A stretch of DNA of 50,138 nucleotides, taken from positions 1 to 50,138 of the forward strand of contig DAOVVV010000001.1 in NCBI GenBank assembly GCA_030637025.1, in the 5' to 3' direction. Origin of the DNA: Clostridia bacterium. Its GTDB lineage: Bacteria; CBDUZB01; JAGLHV01. A program made the position numbers and the translations under genes. Positions within the stretch are counted from its first letter, which is position 1, and the number at the start of each line of letters is the position of its first letter. Below, piece by piece: positions 37,593-47,354 of the stretch. Under the pieces are notes generated by a model. That model was not told the DNA's origin, ran no database searches, and worked only from the letters and a program-made list of their open reading frames with translations.

Positions 37593-39452
37593 TTAGACAA
37601 TAGGTATTGGTTTATAAATGATTTCTAACGTTCTTTTTAATGCCCTTTGAACACTCTTCCCGTCACATAAATGATTCCCATGTGTCCTGAGATACTCATC
37701 GTTACCAACATCAGCGGAATAGGTCCTCTGCTCAACATATTGCTGTATTTTATTAATAAGTTCCTGAGCCGTATCTTCACATACAGCTCTTTTTTCCAAC
37801 AACGTTCTACTACCCTGCGGGTATTGAATATTCCGAAGAAGAATAAAAACCGGCTTTTTTGTTGCTACTGATTCCAAAACTGTAGTCGTAGGAGAATCAA
37901 TCACTATAATATGATTTGCAGAAAAAAGCTCAGCAAACTTGGGCATAGACTTTACGATCCTGAATAAGGATGTAAAATCATTTTTAAATTGACTGTATAA
38001 CGACATTTCCGGCAACAATTTAACCGTAACTTCAACATTGTATCTCTTCGCAATGTTTTCTAAACCGGTCATAATGGTTAACTGGTCATTAAATAAATAA
38101 CGGTCACTGTACGGCGGAGAAAAACCGCAATACCATCGATTTTGGTAATAACCTGTAGTTACGTAAAGAAGCTTTTTTCTGAAAATTTCTTTCCTTCCCC
38201 TGTTCTTTTCATATATTTTATCTACCGACGGAGAACCGATGGATATTACTTTAACCGGAAATTTATTAATGTACAATTGATGAGCACAAGTAGATGCTTC
38301 CCCATAAGTAAAGAGAACATCACTGGTCATCATATCGTTAAACTCATTTAATTGATTGATACGTCCATTTTTAGCAAACATAAACCCATGTTGCCAATGA
38401 ATAACCGGTACACAAAAATAACGAAATGCCTGTTGTACGACATGATCTGTAAATGTATATGTATTTCCGGTACAAACTGCTTTTATATTATAACATTTAA
38501 TTATTTCTTTACATCGGGAAATAATATTGTGACACTGTGTAAAAGAACCTTTAAAAATCCAGTTTAACCGTTCTTTTACCAGAGAATAAAATGAAATTCC
38601 GGATACTTCAAAAAGAGACATTAGACCTGGGTTTTTCATAACAAGGTCTTCGATAGAACCTTCTTCTCTATGTTTTATTTTAGAAGTATTACTCTTAAAT
38701 TTTTTAGGACCGGTAAAAATAATTTTCACCTTTTCTTTCGCTAATAAAGGTACGATAAATTTCCACTCATATAAAGAACCATAGAATAATATTCCCCGAT
38801 GTTTTTTCTTTATCGCTCTAATTATTCCTTTTAATCCTTTTAACCTCCAAAGCGAAGTCAGATTATACAGATTAAATAATTTTTGCATGGGATATTTTAA
38901 TATTTTTTTTATATATTGAAATGTTTTCTCCCCCGGAGGTAAAAGAAACTCTATCCTGCAATTCCATCCTGAAAGAGCAAGAATATTACCCCAGAGTGTT
39001 TCTTTCCCGGAAAAACAAAGATCAAATTCTTCCCATGGATAATGGGGTGCTTTATATATCCATATTGTACGTTCCGGATAGACCTTTAAAATTTTACTGA
39101 GCTGCATTATCCGGCTTTTTATAATATCGGTTAATCTAATAACAGAATCTATAAAAAAGAGCATTGGATGAATACGCCATTTTTTAAAATCAGGATGTTT
39201 TTTAAAAAGAATCCCATCAATATAATTACAAAACTTTTCACATTTTTCATGAGAGCTCAAACATAACTGCTCTAATTCTTCATTAGAACAAAAATCTTCC
39301 GGTATTTTATAAGGAATCCCTTTTCGCTCAAGAGCATACATCGCTCCCGGACCAAGGGCAATCCATTCTCCTTCATCACGCATATTCCTTCTTAATAAAT
39401 CATCCACTTGTGCAAAATCTTCAACTAAAAACAGATTATCCGTTTTATTCAT
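37593..39452 (-). CDS. Hypothetical glycan-locus protein, putative GT-B-fold transferase
   Basis: HWQHG, FTYG, IGSP, IDSPTTTVLES...KPV in the C-terminal half resemble capsule/ulosonate-transferase-like proteins. Confidence 0.5.
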   Translation of the reverse strand: MNKTDNLFLVEDFAQVDDLLRRNMRDEGEWIALGPGAMYALERKGIPYKIPEDFCSNEELEQLCLSSHEKCEKFCNYIDGILFKKHPDFKKWRIHPMLFFIDSVIRLTDIIKSRIMQLSKILKVYPERTIWIYKAPHYPWEEFDLCFSGKETLWGNILALSGWNCRIEFLLPPGEKTFQYIKKILKYPMQKLFNLYNLTSLWRLKGLKGIIRAIKKKHRGILFYGSLYEWKFIVPLLAKEKVKIIFTGPKKFKSNTSKIKHREEGSIEDLVMKNPGLMSLFEVSGISFYSLVKERLNWIFKGSFTQCHNIISRCKEIIKCYNIKAVCTGNTYTFTDHVVQQAFRYFCVPVIHWQHGFMFAKNGRINQLNEFNDMMTSDVLFTYGEASTCAHQLYINKFPVKVISIGSPSVDKIYEKNRGRKEIFRKKLLYVTTGYYQNRWYCGFSPPYSDRYLFNDQLTIMTGLENIAKRYNVEVTVKLLPEMSLYSQFKNDFTSLFRIVKSMPKFAELFSANHIIVIDSPTTTVLESVATKKPVFILLRNIQYPQGSRTLLEKRAVCEDTAQELINKIQQYVEQRTYSADVGNDEYLRTHGNHLCDGKSVQRALKRTLEIIYKPIPIV

Positions 39453-39459
39453 AATTATT

Positions 39460-40587
39460 CTAACACCTTTTTTGCCACATATTTTTAATCATCTTTTTTA
39501 TACCCAGTATTTCCAGACACTTGATTAAATAATATTTAGGTAAATACTTGCGTTCCATCCTTTTTAAATACGAAACTACTCTTTGAAATTCCATATCAGG
39601 AATAAGTTGTTTTTTCCTAAAAACATTATCAACTTTAAAAAAAGAATCTATTTTTTCATTTCCATGAATTAGTTTAAAACCGCAACATTCCATTACATAT
39701 GTAAGTGACCCGAGACTAAATTGATACGTATGCGCATTTTGTAACAATCCCATAATATCCGCACCGCATATATTATTAATCCACCATAAAGTTCCGGGAA
39801 CAGCAATATAAATAAGGCCGCGGGGCTTCATAATCTTGCGAATGGCTATTAGTTCCCCTTCTAAATCACAAAAATGTTCCAGGACGTGATGCAATACGAC
39901 TATATCGGCCTTTTTATTTGTTTCTATGAGTTTCTCTACCCCTCCAATAAAAAGATTTTTTAATCCTGTTTTTTTTCTGCCATATTCAATATGTTCAACT
40001 CCATAATCACAACCATACACATCATATCCTGCTTCGGCAAAAGGAAGAAGAGCAGTACCGAAATCACAACCAACCTCAAAAACAACAGCTTTGGCCGGTA
40101 AATCAACATGCTTTACCAAATAGTTGTAGCGTTGTTTTCCTTGATTTATTCGATATTCAAATAACTTAGCTACACCACTATCACTCTCTCCATAAGCATT
40201 ACGATATTCCTCGGCATAGAATTTAATATAGGACGCCTTCGTCATTCTGGGATTAGCCCGTATTAACCCGCACCTTTTACATATAGCTAAAGGATAATAA
40301 AATCCATACCTATCAATTTCCGATATAACCATGTCGTCACATGAACCACAAAAACAAGACACATTCTCAAATTCATATTCACCTGTTACAATCTTCTGTT
40401 TAATTTTTTTTATTGCTTCCCGGGCTTTGTGCCCGACTTTTAATGTTCGCGGCTGGATTTTACCGTCATTCCATGCCAATCGCCGAATCATCGGCTTACA
40501 CCCAACAAGATTAATATTTATACCTTTTATATTTTTCATTAATTTACTTTTTAAAATCAATATCAATATCCCGTAGGTACTCCCCAA
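39460..40587 (-). CDS. Class I SAM-dependent methyltransferase with N-terminal Zn ribbon
   Basis: CFCGS...CKRCG, VFEVGCDFG motif I, HHVLEH, IAVP. The true start is probably downstream (ATG at 40539 or 40491). Confidence 0.85.
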   Translation of the reverse strand: MGSTYGILILILKSKLMKNIKGININLVGCKPMIRRLAWNDGKIQPRTLKVGHKAREAIKKIKQKIVTGEYEFENVSCFCGSCDDMVISEIDRYGFYYPLAICKRCGLIRANPRMTKASYIKFYAEEYRNAYGESDSGVAKLFEYRINQGKQRYNYLVKHVDLPAKAVVFEVGCDFGTALLPFAEAGYDVYGCDYGVEHIEYGRKKTGLKNLFIGGVEKLIETNKKADIVVLHHVLEHFCDLEGELIAIRKIMKPRGLIYIAVPGTLWWINNICGADIMGLLQNAHTYQFSLGSLTYVMECCGFKLIHGNEKIDSFFKVDNVFRKKQLIPDMEFQRVVSYLKRMERKYLPKYYLIKCLEILGIKKMIKNMWQKRC

Positions 40588-41363
40588 AATTCACAAGAAC
40601 TACACAATGGGATTTTTTTTCTCTTTCCTTCTATATGATATTTTAACCGTTCCTTTCTTATAGGACTATTCCAGATATCTACCAGAGGATTTTTTGTACA
40701 ATCACCTATTACACCCAGTCCCCGGGGGTCAAACCTTACACACAGAGAAACTTTACCATCTCTTTTAATAACCATATGGTTGAGCAAATCAAGACAGATA
40801 CCAATTTCGGGGATAGTTGGATTTTTCTTATATTTGAAACTACCCATTGGCGAATGCAACACCCTGGTGGCAATTATACATCCCAATTTTTTATATCTAT
40901 CTAAGTCCATACTTCCCAGGCATCTTATTATAACGTTGGGTTTTCTGTTTTTCTTGATTTTAAGAAATTCTTCAATCAACTTATATTGTTCTTCGGCTTC
41001 CTCGTCTTTTTCAAATGTAGATATGGTTAATGTATCAAGATTGTCTATAATCTCTCCGGCTTTCTTTACCAATAATTTACCATTAGTATCCATACATCTA
41101 ATCTGCCGATTAAATAATCTAACGGCTTCTCCAAATTGTTCATAGAGAAGCGGTTCACCATTATCATGAAATTGGACTACTATATTTTCCGGTAACTGTT
41201 GGGCAATAGATTTAACCAACTCAAATTCCATATCTCCATACTCAATAGCAATCTCCGGATATTCCCTCTCTATTTTTCTCCTTCCACACATCCAGCAATT
41301 CTTATTACATCGTGTAGTTAATTCTATATTTACCGTAGTCAGCCCATTAAAACAGCAATTCAC
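40563..41363 (-). CDS. Radical SAM protein with SPASM/twitch domain
   Basis: CNKNCWMC, GEPLLY, TNG; C-terminal CLDLL...DGKVSLC...CSSC; GTG start; only 266 aa. Confidence 0.88.
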   Translation of the reverse strand: MNCCFNGLTTVNIELTTRCNKNCWMCGRRKIEREYPEIAIEYGDMEFELVKSIAQQLPENIVVQFHDNGEPLLYEQFGEAVRLFNRQIRCMDTNGKLLVKKAGEIIDNLDTLTISTFEKDEEAEEQYKLIEEFLKIKKNRKPNVIIRCLGSMDLDRYKKLGCIIATRVLHSPMGSFKYKKNPTIPEIGICLDLLNHMVIKRDGKVSLCVRFDPRGLGVIGDCTKNPLVDIWNSPIRKERLKYHIEGKRKKIPLCSSCEFWGVPTGY

Positions 41364-41441
41364 TTTTCCCTCTCTATTATAAAAATATTTTTAAATCTTT
41401 TATTCTGCTCTTAAAAAATATATTATTCGTCTCTATTTACA

Positions 41442-42422
41442 TTAAAAAGAATAAGGAGTAGGAGCCCCTGCCCTGCTTTTTTGTAGAATTTTATTATACC
41501 GTTTAATTTGTTTTGCTATATCAACCCCAACGTTTTTACCCCACTTATCCAGCAGCATTTTGGTAACTTTTCCCATTTTTTTATTACCGATACTAATATT
41601 ATTTAAACTGGTAACGGGTAATAGACAAAAGGGAGTTCCGGGCATAAATGATTCATCCGCAGTATAAACATCATACGGTTCTATATTTCTCTCTACACAT
41701 TCTAAATCCAGCTCTTTTGCCAACTCAAAGATATAAGCCCTGCTTATTCCTCTTAATACATTTCTGCCCTCAGGTGTTATAATTATACCGTCTTTTACTA
41801 TGAAGAAGTTATCCCCTGTCCCTTCAGCTATAAAACCATCCGGGTCAAGCAGCAATGCCCAATTGTTATTTCCCTTATATTGCGAAACCTCTATATTTGC
41901 CATCTGGTAATAAATCCTGCTTCTATTTTTTATTTTCGGGTCAAGCAGATATGCCGGAATTGTCCTCTGAGAAGGAATAACGGCATTAATCCCTGTATTA
42001 AAAAGTTTTCCCATACCTATAACCGTCCATTTCAGTGGAAAATCAGCAATTACAACCGTTGGCTCTAATTTCCCGTTAAAAACATGAGCATAAATGCTTA
42101 AAGGCCCGCGGCTCACATTTATCATTAATCTATGTTCATCGTCATCATTAAATAACGGAGCATTTTTCTCAATTACTTCATAGCAAAGTTTTTCCATTTC
42201 CCCTATAGATATTTTTAAAGGAATTCGCAAAATCTTAATTCCTGTGTATAACCGTTCAAGATGTTCCCGTAATTTAAACTGTTTTTTATTAAAAGACCTG
42301 GTCATTTCAAAAACCATATCTCCGAACATCAATGCAGAATCATATATAGATATTCCTGCTTCTGCTTCAGGAACAAACTTTCCATTGAAATAAACCAAAC
42401 GCTGATTTTTTTGACTTTTCAT
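41442..42422 (-). CDS. PLP-dependent aminotransferase class IV (IlvE/D-amino-acid aminotransferase fold)
   Basis: FGDMVFE, HLERL, KIKNRSR, AEGTGDNFF, LRGISR, ADESF..T. The start is moved to the ATG at 42422 (RBS GAGAGG). Confidence 0.88.
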   Translation of the reverse strand: MKSQKNQRLVYFNGKFVPEAEAGISIYDSALMFGDMVFEMTRSFNKKQFKLREHLERLYTGIKILRIPLKISIGEMEKLCYEVIEKNAPLFNDDDEHRLMINVSRGPLSIYAHVFNGKLEPTVVIADFPLKWTVIGMGKLFNTGINAVIPSQRTIPAYLLDPKIKNRSRIYYQMANIEVSQYKGNNNWALLLDPDGFIAEGTGDNFFIVKDGIIITPEGRNVLRGISRAYIFELAKELDLECVERNIEPYDVYTADESFMPGTPFCLLPVTSLNNISIGNKKMGKVTKMLLDKWGKNVGVDIAKQIKRYNKILQKSRAGAPTPYSF

Positions 42423-42426
42423 ATTA

Positions 42427-43284
42427 TTACCTCTCTTTTCTGGGATAAATATAATCAAAATGTGGTTTTAATTTATCGCGCACTACCTTTTCGGCCTTTG
42501 TAACTCTTTTTACCCCATCCCCTATTGCCCTTTCTATAATTCTGATATCTCTTACTAATTTTATAACCCCTCCTGATTCTAAAGATGCTGCCTGGTCAGA
42601 ACCATACATGGTCCTATCCAGGGTTATATGTCTCTCAATGGAGGTAATTCCCATAGCTACTGCTGCAAGCGAAATTTGTAAACCTATTTCATGTCCTGAA
42701 TAACCCACCCTGCAATTATATCGTTCCCTGAGTGTTTGAATAACCTGCAGATTTGCATCTTCATCTTTCATAGGATAGGTACTATTGCAATGCATTAATT
42801 CAAAAGGACATTTTTTCTTTTTGAAAATATCTACCGCCTTATCTATTTCCTCAAGGGAACTCATCCCTGTTGAAACAAAAGTATATTTCTTTTCATCAGC
42901 TACCAAATCAAGTAATTCCCAATGAGTTAACATTGCTGAAGCGATTTTGTTATATTTCAAATTATATTTTTCTAAAAACCGTTGACTATCTATATCCCAG
43001 GCTGAAGCAAACCATTCAACATTTTTTTCCTTACAATATCTATTTATTTCATTATACTCCTTTTCCCCAAACTCAAGCCCTTCTTTTTGTGCTCTTTGAG
43101 TCGTACCCCATGGACTTTCCCGATAAGAATCAAGATATTCTTTTGTATAAACTTTATCTATAGTCCTCTTTTGAAACTTAACTGCATCACACCCCGCAAA
43201 TACAGCTAAATCTATTAATTTCTTCGCTATTTGCAAATCTCCGTTGTGATTAATCCCTATCTCCGAAATAATAAATACTGCCAT
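42427..43284 (-). CDS. NeuB-family nonulosonate synthase, short form lacking the C-terminal SAF/AFP domain
   Basis: ISEIGINHNGD, AVKFQKR, KIASA, STGM, HCNSTYP, GYSGHE, IERHITLD..MYGSDQ; 285 aa. Confidence 0.92.
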   Translation of the reverse strand: MAVFIISEIGINHNGDLQIAKKLIDLAVFAGCDAVKFQKRTIDKVYTKEYLDSYRESPWGTTQRAQKEGLEFGEKEYNEINRYCKEKNVEWFASAWDIDSQRFLEKYNLKYNKIASAMLTHWELLDLVADEKKYTFVSTGMSSLEEIDKAVDIFKKKKCPFELMHCNSTYPMKDEDANLQVIQTLRERYNCRVGYSGHEIGLQISLAAVAMGITSIERHITLDRTMYGSDQAASLESGGVIKLVRDIRIIERAIGDGVKRVTKAEKVVRDKLKPHFDYIYPRKER

Positions 43285-43339
43285 TATTAACCTCCATGTT
43301 TTCTGTTTTTTCCCTAAAAAAAATTAACTGTAAATTCAG

Positions 43340-44062
43340 TCATTTCTTCAATAACTTTTTTGTGTGAAATATCTTCTGCATAAAATACTCACATATCTCT
43401 ATATCCTTTAGCTTATCAATCTCAAAAGATTTCCAATAATCCATTATGTACATCTCAATTTTACCGCCGAAACGATTATTGAATTTCTCTAAAATCGAAG
43501 GTTTAAAAATATAAATAGACCCATTTTCCAAATATAAAGGCTGTCTATTTTGTCTATTTCCCCTATTTTGATAATTATAGCTTAGACTCGTTAATTTTTT
43601 ATCCTGATTACTCCATATACAAAAATCTTCAAGGGCCGCTGCTGAAAAAAGAGAATCTGCTTTTTTAGATATAAAAAGTTTTATCGCCTTATCAATATCC
43701 TCACTTGTTCTCAACGGAGAAGTAGCCTGAAGAAAAACTATTATGTCAATTGTTTCCTTATTAAATTTCTTAATATAACTCATTGCATGTAATAAAGCTT
43801 GTTCTGATGAAGAAATATCCGTAGCCAGTTTCTTAGGACGCTTTATAATTTCTGCACTTGCTTTCCCGGAAACCTTTAGAATCTTTGCATCATCAGATGA
43901 TACATAAATTTTTTTTATATATTTACTTGCCTTTGCCTGTTCTATTGACCAGACAATAAGTGGTTTTCCACAAAAATTCATAAGATTCTTTCCGGGAATT
44001 TCTTTCGAACCTCCCCGGGCAGGAATAATACATACAATATTTAAGATTTGTTTTTTTTTCAT
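43340..44062 (-). CDS. neuA: Acylneuraminate cytidylyltransferase (CMP-nonulosonate synthetase)
   Basis: IPARGGSKEIPGKN, VSSD, LQATSPLR, RQ, ENGSIY, EID..D. Confidence 0.9.
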   Translation of the reverse strand: MKKKQILNIVCIIPARGGSKEIPGKNLMNFCGKPLIVWSIEQAKASKYIKKIYVSSDDAKILKVSGKASAEIIKRPKKLATDISSSEQALLHAMSYIKKFNKETIDIIVFLQATSPLRTSEDIDKAIKLFISKKADSLFSAAALEDFCIWSNQDKKLTSLSYNYQNRGNRQNRQPLYLENGSIYIFKPSILEKFNNRFGGKIEMYIMDYWKSFEIDKLKDIEICEYFMQKIFHTKKLLKK

Positions 44063-44063
44063 A

Positions 44064-44855
44064 CTAACACTTCCTTTTATAACTATCGTCTATCGAAGTC
44101 TTAGATATTCTCTTACTTAAACGAAATTTAACAGTATTCATTATTTCCTTTAAACGAGAATGACTATCCACATAGTGAATTGCTTCCCGGCAACCAAACA
44201 AAGGATTGTCAGGATATAATGCATCAAAAACTGCTTTCAGTATTTCCATGTCTTCCGGATAGTCGGCGATAAAACGCAACTCAGGCCTTGTTATCTCCAA
44301 TGGTGCTTTATATAAAAAAATTTTGTACTTCTCTAAATGATTATGTACATAAGCAAGAGGATTTTCTGCATTTTTTAGTGAATCCTTCCTTTTTTCAAAA
44401 CTATCTATGAACAAATATTTTTTTGCAATTCGCACGTCTATCCCTAGAGGAAATGTTCTGGTTTGACCCACACCATTTGTTGTATAATCCGCCCCTGTTT
44501 CCAAATGAAAGCGTATGATATTATCAATTACTCCGGGATCCTGCATAGGGGCATCTCCACAAAACCTCAAATAATTCTCTGCAGGATATTTCTGTATTAC
44601 GTCATACATACGTTTAGAAACATCTTCTTCATCCCCTTTTTCACAAATGATATTTTCCTGTATACAAAACTCCGAAATACTGTTATCTGTTTTTTTATTT
44701 GAGGTGGCAACAATGATATTATCTACCAGGCATGACGCTCGAATTCTATCAAAAATATGGCCTAAAATTGGACGATTACATAATTTCAAGAGAGCCTTAT
44801 CGGGCAATCGGAACGAACCCATACGCACCTGAACAAGTGCTATAGTTTTGTGCAT
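44064..44855 (-). CDS. SpsF-type cytidylyltransferase
   Basis: VQVRMGSFRLPDKAL, IVATS, GDEEDV..R, RFCGDAP..DP, FPLG, R..ADYPED. Confidence 0.85.
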   Translation of the reverse strand: MHKTIALVQVRMGSFRLPDKALLKLCNRPILGHIFDRIRASCLVDNIIVATSNKKTDNSISEFCIQENIICEKGDEEDVSKRMYDVIQKYPAENYLRFCGDAPMQDPGVIDNIIRFHLETGADYTTNGVGQTRTFPLGIDVRIAKKYLFIDSFEKRKDSLKNAENPLAYVHNHLEKYKIFLYKAPLEITRPELRFIADYPEDMEILKAVFDALYPDNPLFGCREAIHYVDSHSRLKEIMNTVKFRLSKRISKTSIDDSYKRKC

Positions 44856-46069
44856 TTTTTCTCCCCTGTACCATAGGTGTCCACAATTGATTGGGCAATA
44901 TCAAAAAAACGTTCCCTGCCACTTTTAAGACGGATAATTACCTCATCAATAATTCCAATACTTCTTTTCCAATTTTTTTTAATCATACTGCCTGATACAA
45001 TTGATTGTAAATGAGTTAAATAGGTATACTCGGACAAATTAATTCTGCTTGGATCAAGACTCCGCATTCGCTGAGCATAATTAACAAATGCTTCAAAAAA
45101 CGGCTTTTGCTGATATCGACGGTAAACATTTACATTACATTTTTTACACGGAAGGAACTTATCATAATCACCCTTCCAGACCGCTTCCCGTATACGCTGA
45201 GCTTCTTTGTTATTCCATATCTCATAAAGCGGTACCTCGGCACAATTACCGATGCAGGTTTCATCTCCTTCAGGATCTTGTAAGCAAAAATTACACCTTC
45301 CATCCCAGTAAATACCGATACAATACCAGGGGTTGATACAGGGTGCGGTTTTATTATCCGGGTCAAAATCAATATCTACCGTTCCCATAAGATTAAAACA
45401 ATCACCTACGTTTGTCCTATCGGCAGAAATAACTTCAAAAAACTGTTTAAATAATTCAATTTCTCTTTCGTATCCGGGATATTTAACCATACTGACTTCA
45501 ATAACAGGTTTTTCCACGCCACGAACAAACCGTTCCCGGAAAAGAGAAAGAATATTAATAAGTCTTTTATGAATAGGAATTCCCATTACCTCCTGATGAC
45601 GCTCATCATGTATAGTATCCACGGATATGTTCATCTTATCAAGACCGCTTCCCAAAAGCATATCACGCTGTTTCTCAGTCATAATCGTTCCGTTTGTAGG
45701 AAGATAAGCATAAAGGCCATGATCCTTTACAATTTTGATAAACTGCTCAAGATTCTTATTCATCAGGGGTTCTCCCCAACGAGTAAGAGCAATTTCTGTC
45801 ATCTCCCGATCACCAAAATCATCTAACATCTTGCTAATATCTTTAATAATTTTTTTAAATAAACCGATATCCATCTCTCCTTTGGGTCGTTTCATTGTTT
45901 GATGTGCACAGAACTTACAATTAAGAGTGCAATAAGTCGTAATCTCAATCCATATCCCTCTTGGTGGAAACGGACATATTGGTTTTGCATCGGAATCAAA
46001 CCACATTGCTTCCAACACCTTCTTCTCATGGTGATATGCAATTTCATCAATTTCATGATTAAGCCGCAT
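44840..46069 (-). CDS. Radical SAM protein with SPASM/twitch domain and C-terminal extension
   Basis: CTLNCKFC, WGEPLMN, TNG; CINPWY...DGRCNFCLQD...CKKC; ~95-aa extra C-terminal tail. Confidence 0.9.
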   Translation of the reverse strand: MRLNHEIDEIAYHHEKKVLEAMWFDSDAKPICPFPPRGIWIEITTYCTLNCKFCAHQTMKRPKGEMDIGLFKKIIKDISKMLDDFGDREMTEIALTRWGEPLMNKNLEQFIKIVKDHGLYAYLPTNGTIMTEKQRDMLLGSGLDKMNISVDTIHDERHQEVMGIPIHKRLINILSLFRERFVRGVEKPVIEVSMVKYPGYEREIELFKQFFEVISADRTNVGDCFNLMGTVDIDFDPDNKTAPCINPWYCIGIYWDGRCNFCLQDPEGDETCIGNCAEVPLYEIWNNKEAQRIREAVWKGDYDKFLPCKKCNVNVYRRYQQKPFFEAFVNYAQRMRSLDPSRINLSEYTYLTHLQSIVSGSMIKKNWKRSIGIIDEVIIRLKSGRERFFDIAQSIVDTYGTGEKKCTKL

Positions 46070-46071
46070 GT

Positions 46072-46791
46072 TTATAACCCCTCACAATCCGTCTTTGTTA
46101 TATTGTCTGCCATAATAATGGACTTTGCCTTATTTTCCCCAACATTAAAAAGTAAATCTAAAATACACATTCCTTCCTGAAAACCAGTGTACACCTGTTG
46201 ATATCTGGGATGATTATAATTTTGAAATACTACTTTAATCCCTTTTTTTCTAAAAGATGCAACATCAAGATAATTTTTGCCTAAAGCACCGGATATATAA
46301 ATATCTGCCTGAATATAGGAGCATAAATTTTTTATAAGTTCCTGCTTTACTCCACCGATAGGAAGAGAAGAACTTCTTAAAATTTGTGTATTAATTTTCA
46401 ATACCTTAAGAAAATATTCTGTCATAGCATATATAAAATCACAGAACGAAAACTTCGCACTTAAAATATGCCGTTTAATATCAGGAAAAAATATATTAAA
46501 ATAAGGAGACTGAGAATAATTCAACTCTATTGAACGTAAATGTTTATTTTTCCATTTGTCATCGGATGATATCTCCATATCGCACAAAATTTTACCGGTA
46601 TGATTCTTAATACCAACAGGTACAGTAAGCCATATAGGCCCATTTTTTGTAAGAATTTTATTTCTATTGGTAAAACTATTCTTCTCAAACTGAACCGTAT
46701 CTAAAAACAAGAAGACATCCGAAAGAATAATTTTATGAAAATAACCCAGCCACGGCAAATATGCCGGTTGATGAATTGTTATTACTTTCAT
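46072..46791 (-). CDS. WbqC-family protein
   Basis: IHQPAYLPWLGYFHKI, DTVQF, NRNKI, WLTVPV, YISG..GKNYLD, ILDLLFN. Confidence 0.92.
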   Translation of the reverse strand: MKVITIHQPAYLPWLGYFHKIILSDVFLFLDTVQFEKNSFTNRNKILTKNGPIWLTVPVGIKNHTGKILCDMEISSDDKWKNKHLRSIELNYSQSPYFNIFFPDIKRHILSAKFSFCDFIYAMTEYFLKVLKINTQILRSSSLPIGGVKQELIKNLCSYIQADIYISGALGKNYLDVASFRKKGIKVVFQNYNHPRYQQVYTGFQEGMCILDLLFNVGENKAKSIIMADNITKTDCEGL

Positions 46792-47354
46792 ACATCCCCT
46801 CTATAACACACATGGTATTGAGAACTATCATCTTCCACTATACGATCTTCCAAAACCTTTGCTTTTCTTCCCCTTAATTTAAGATATTTTTCTATTTCAT
46901 TCTTCTTCATTAATAAAAAACCGAGTTTCTTATAAAATGTTAAAGCCACATTATTAAGACAACTTACTTCAATGGTCATTTTAGTTAATCCTATTTCACA
47001 TGCTTTCACCTTAAGACGTTCAAACATGTTTCTTGCCACTCCTTCTCCAGAATATTCTTGCGAGACAAGAACCCGATGCGTATGGCATATATCCTTGACG
47101 GTATTACTCGCTACCCATACACCAGCAACACCATCATCTAAAGAGCATGCCACCTGACTTAATTCCCATTTCCCCCTGAGATCAAGAAGATAATTATCTC
47201 TACCCCATGGAAATGTACAAAATTGTGCTCCCAATTCCCTTACGTAATTCTTATCAATAGCAACAATCTCTTCTATTAAATTAACCAATTTTTCCCGCGT
47301 CAGCGTCTCAATTATAATAGGCAATTTAACGATTCTTTTTTCATTCAAGGTCAT
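46788..47354 (-). CDS. GNAT-family N-acyltransferase
   Basis: V...YSGEGVA (motif A), EV...N..A..FYKKLGF (motif B). The start is uncertain (ATG at 47354 chosen). Confidence 0.8.
   Translation of the reverse strand: MTLNEKRIVKLPIIIETLTREKLVNLIEEIVAIDKNYVRELGAQFCTFPWGRDNYLLDLRGKWELSQVACSLDDGVAGVWVASNTVKDICHTHRVLVSQEYSGEGVARNMFERLKVKACEIGLTKMTIEVSCLNNVALTFYKKLGFLLMKKNEIEKYLKLRGRKAKVLEDRIVEDDSSQYHVCYRGDV

Noticed and set aside
41442-42422. ilvE forming a leucine pathway with leuC
   Set aside because: The two genes are 36 kb apart and the aminotransferase is coupled to neuB; no other ilv/leu genes are present.
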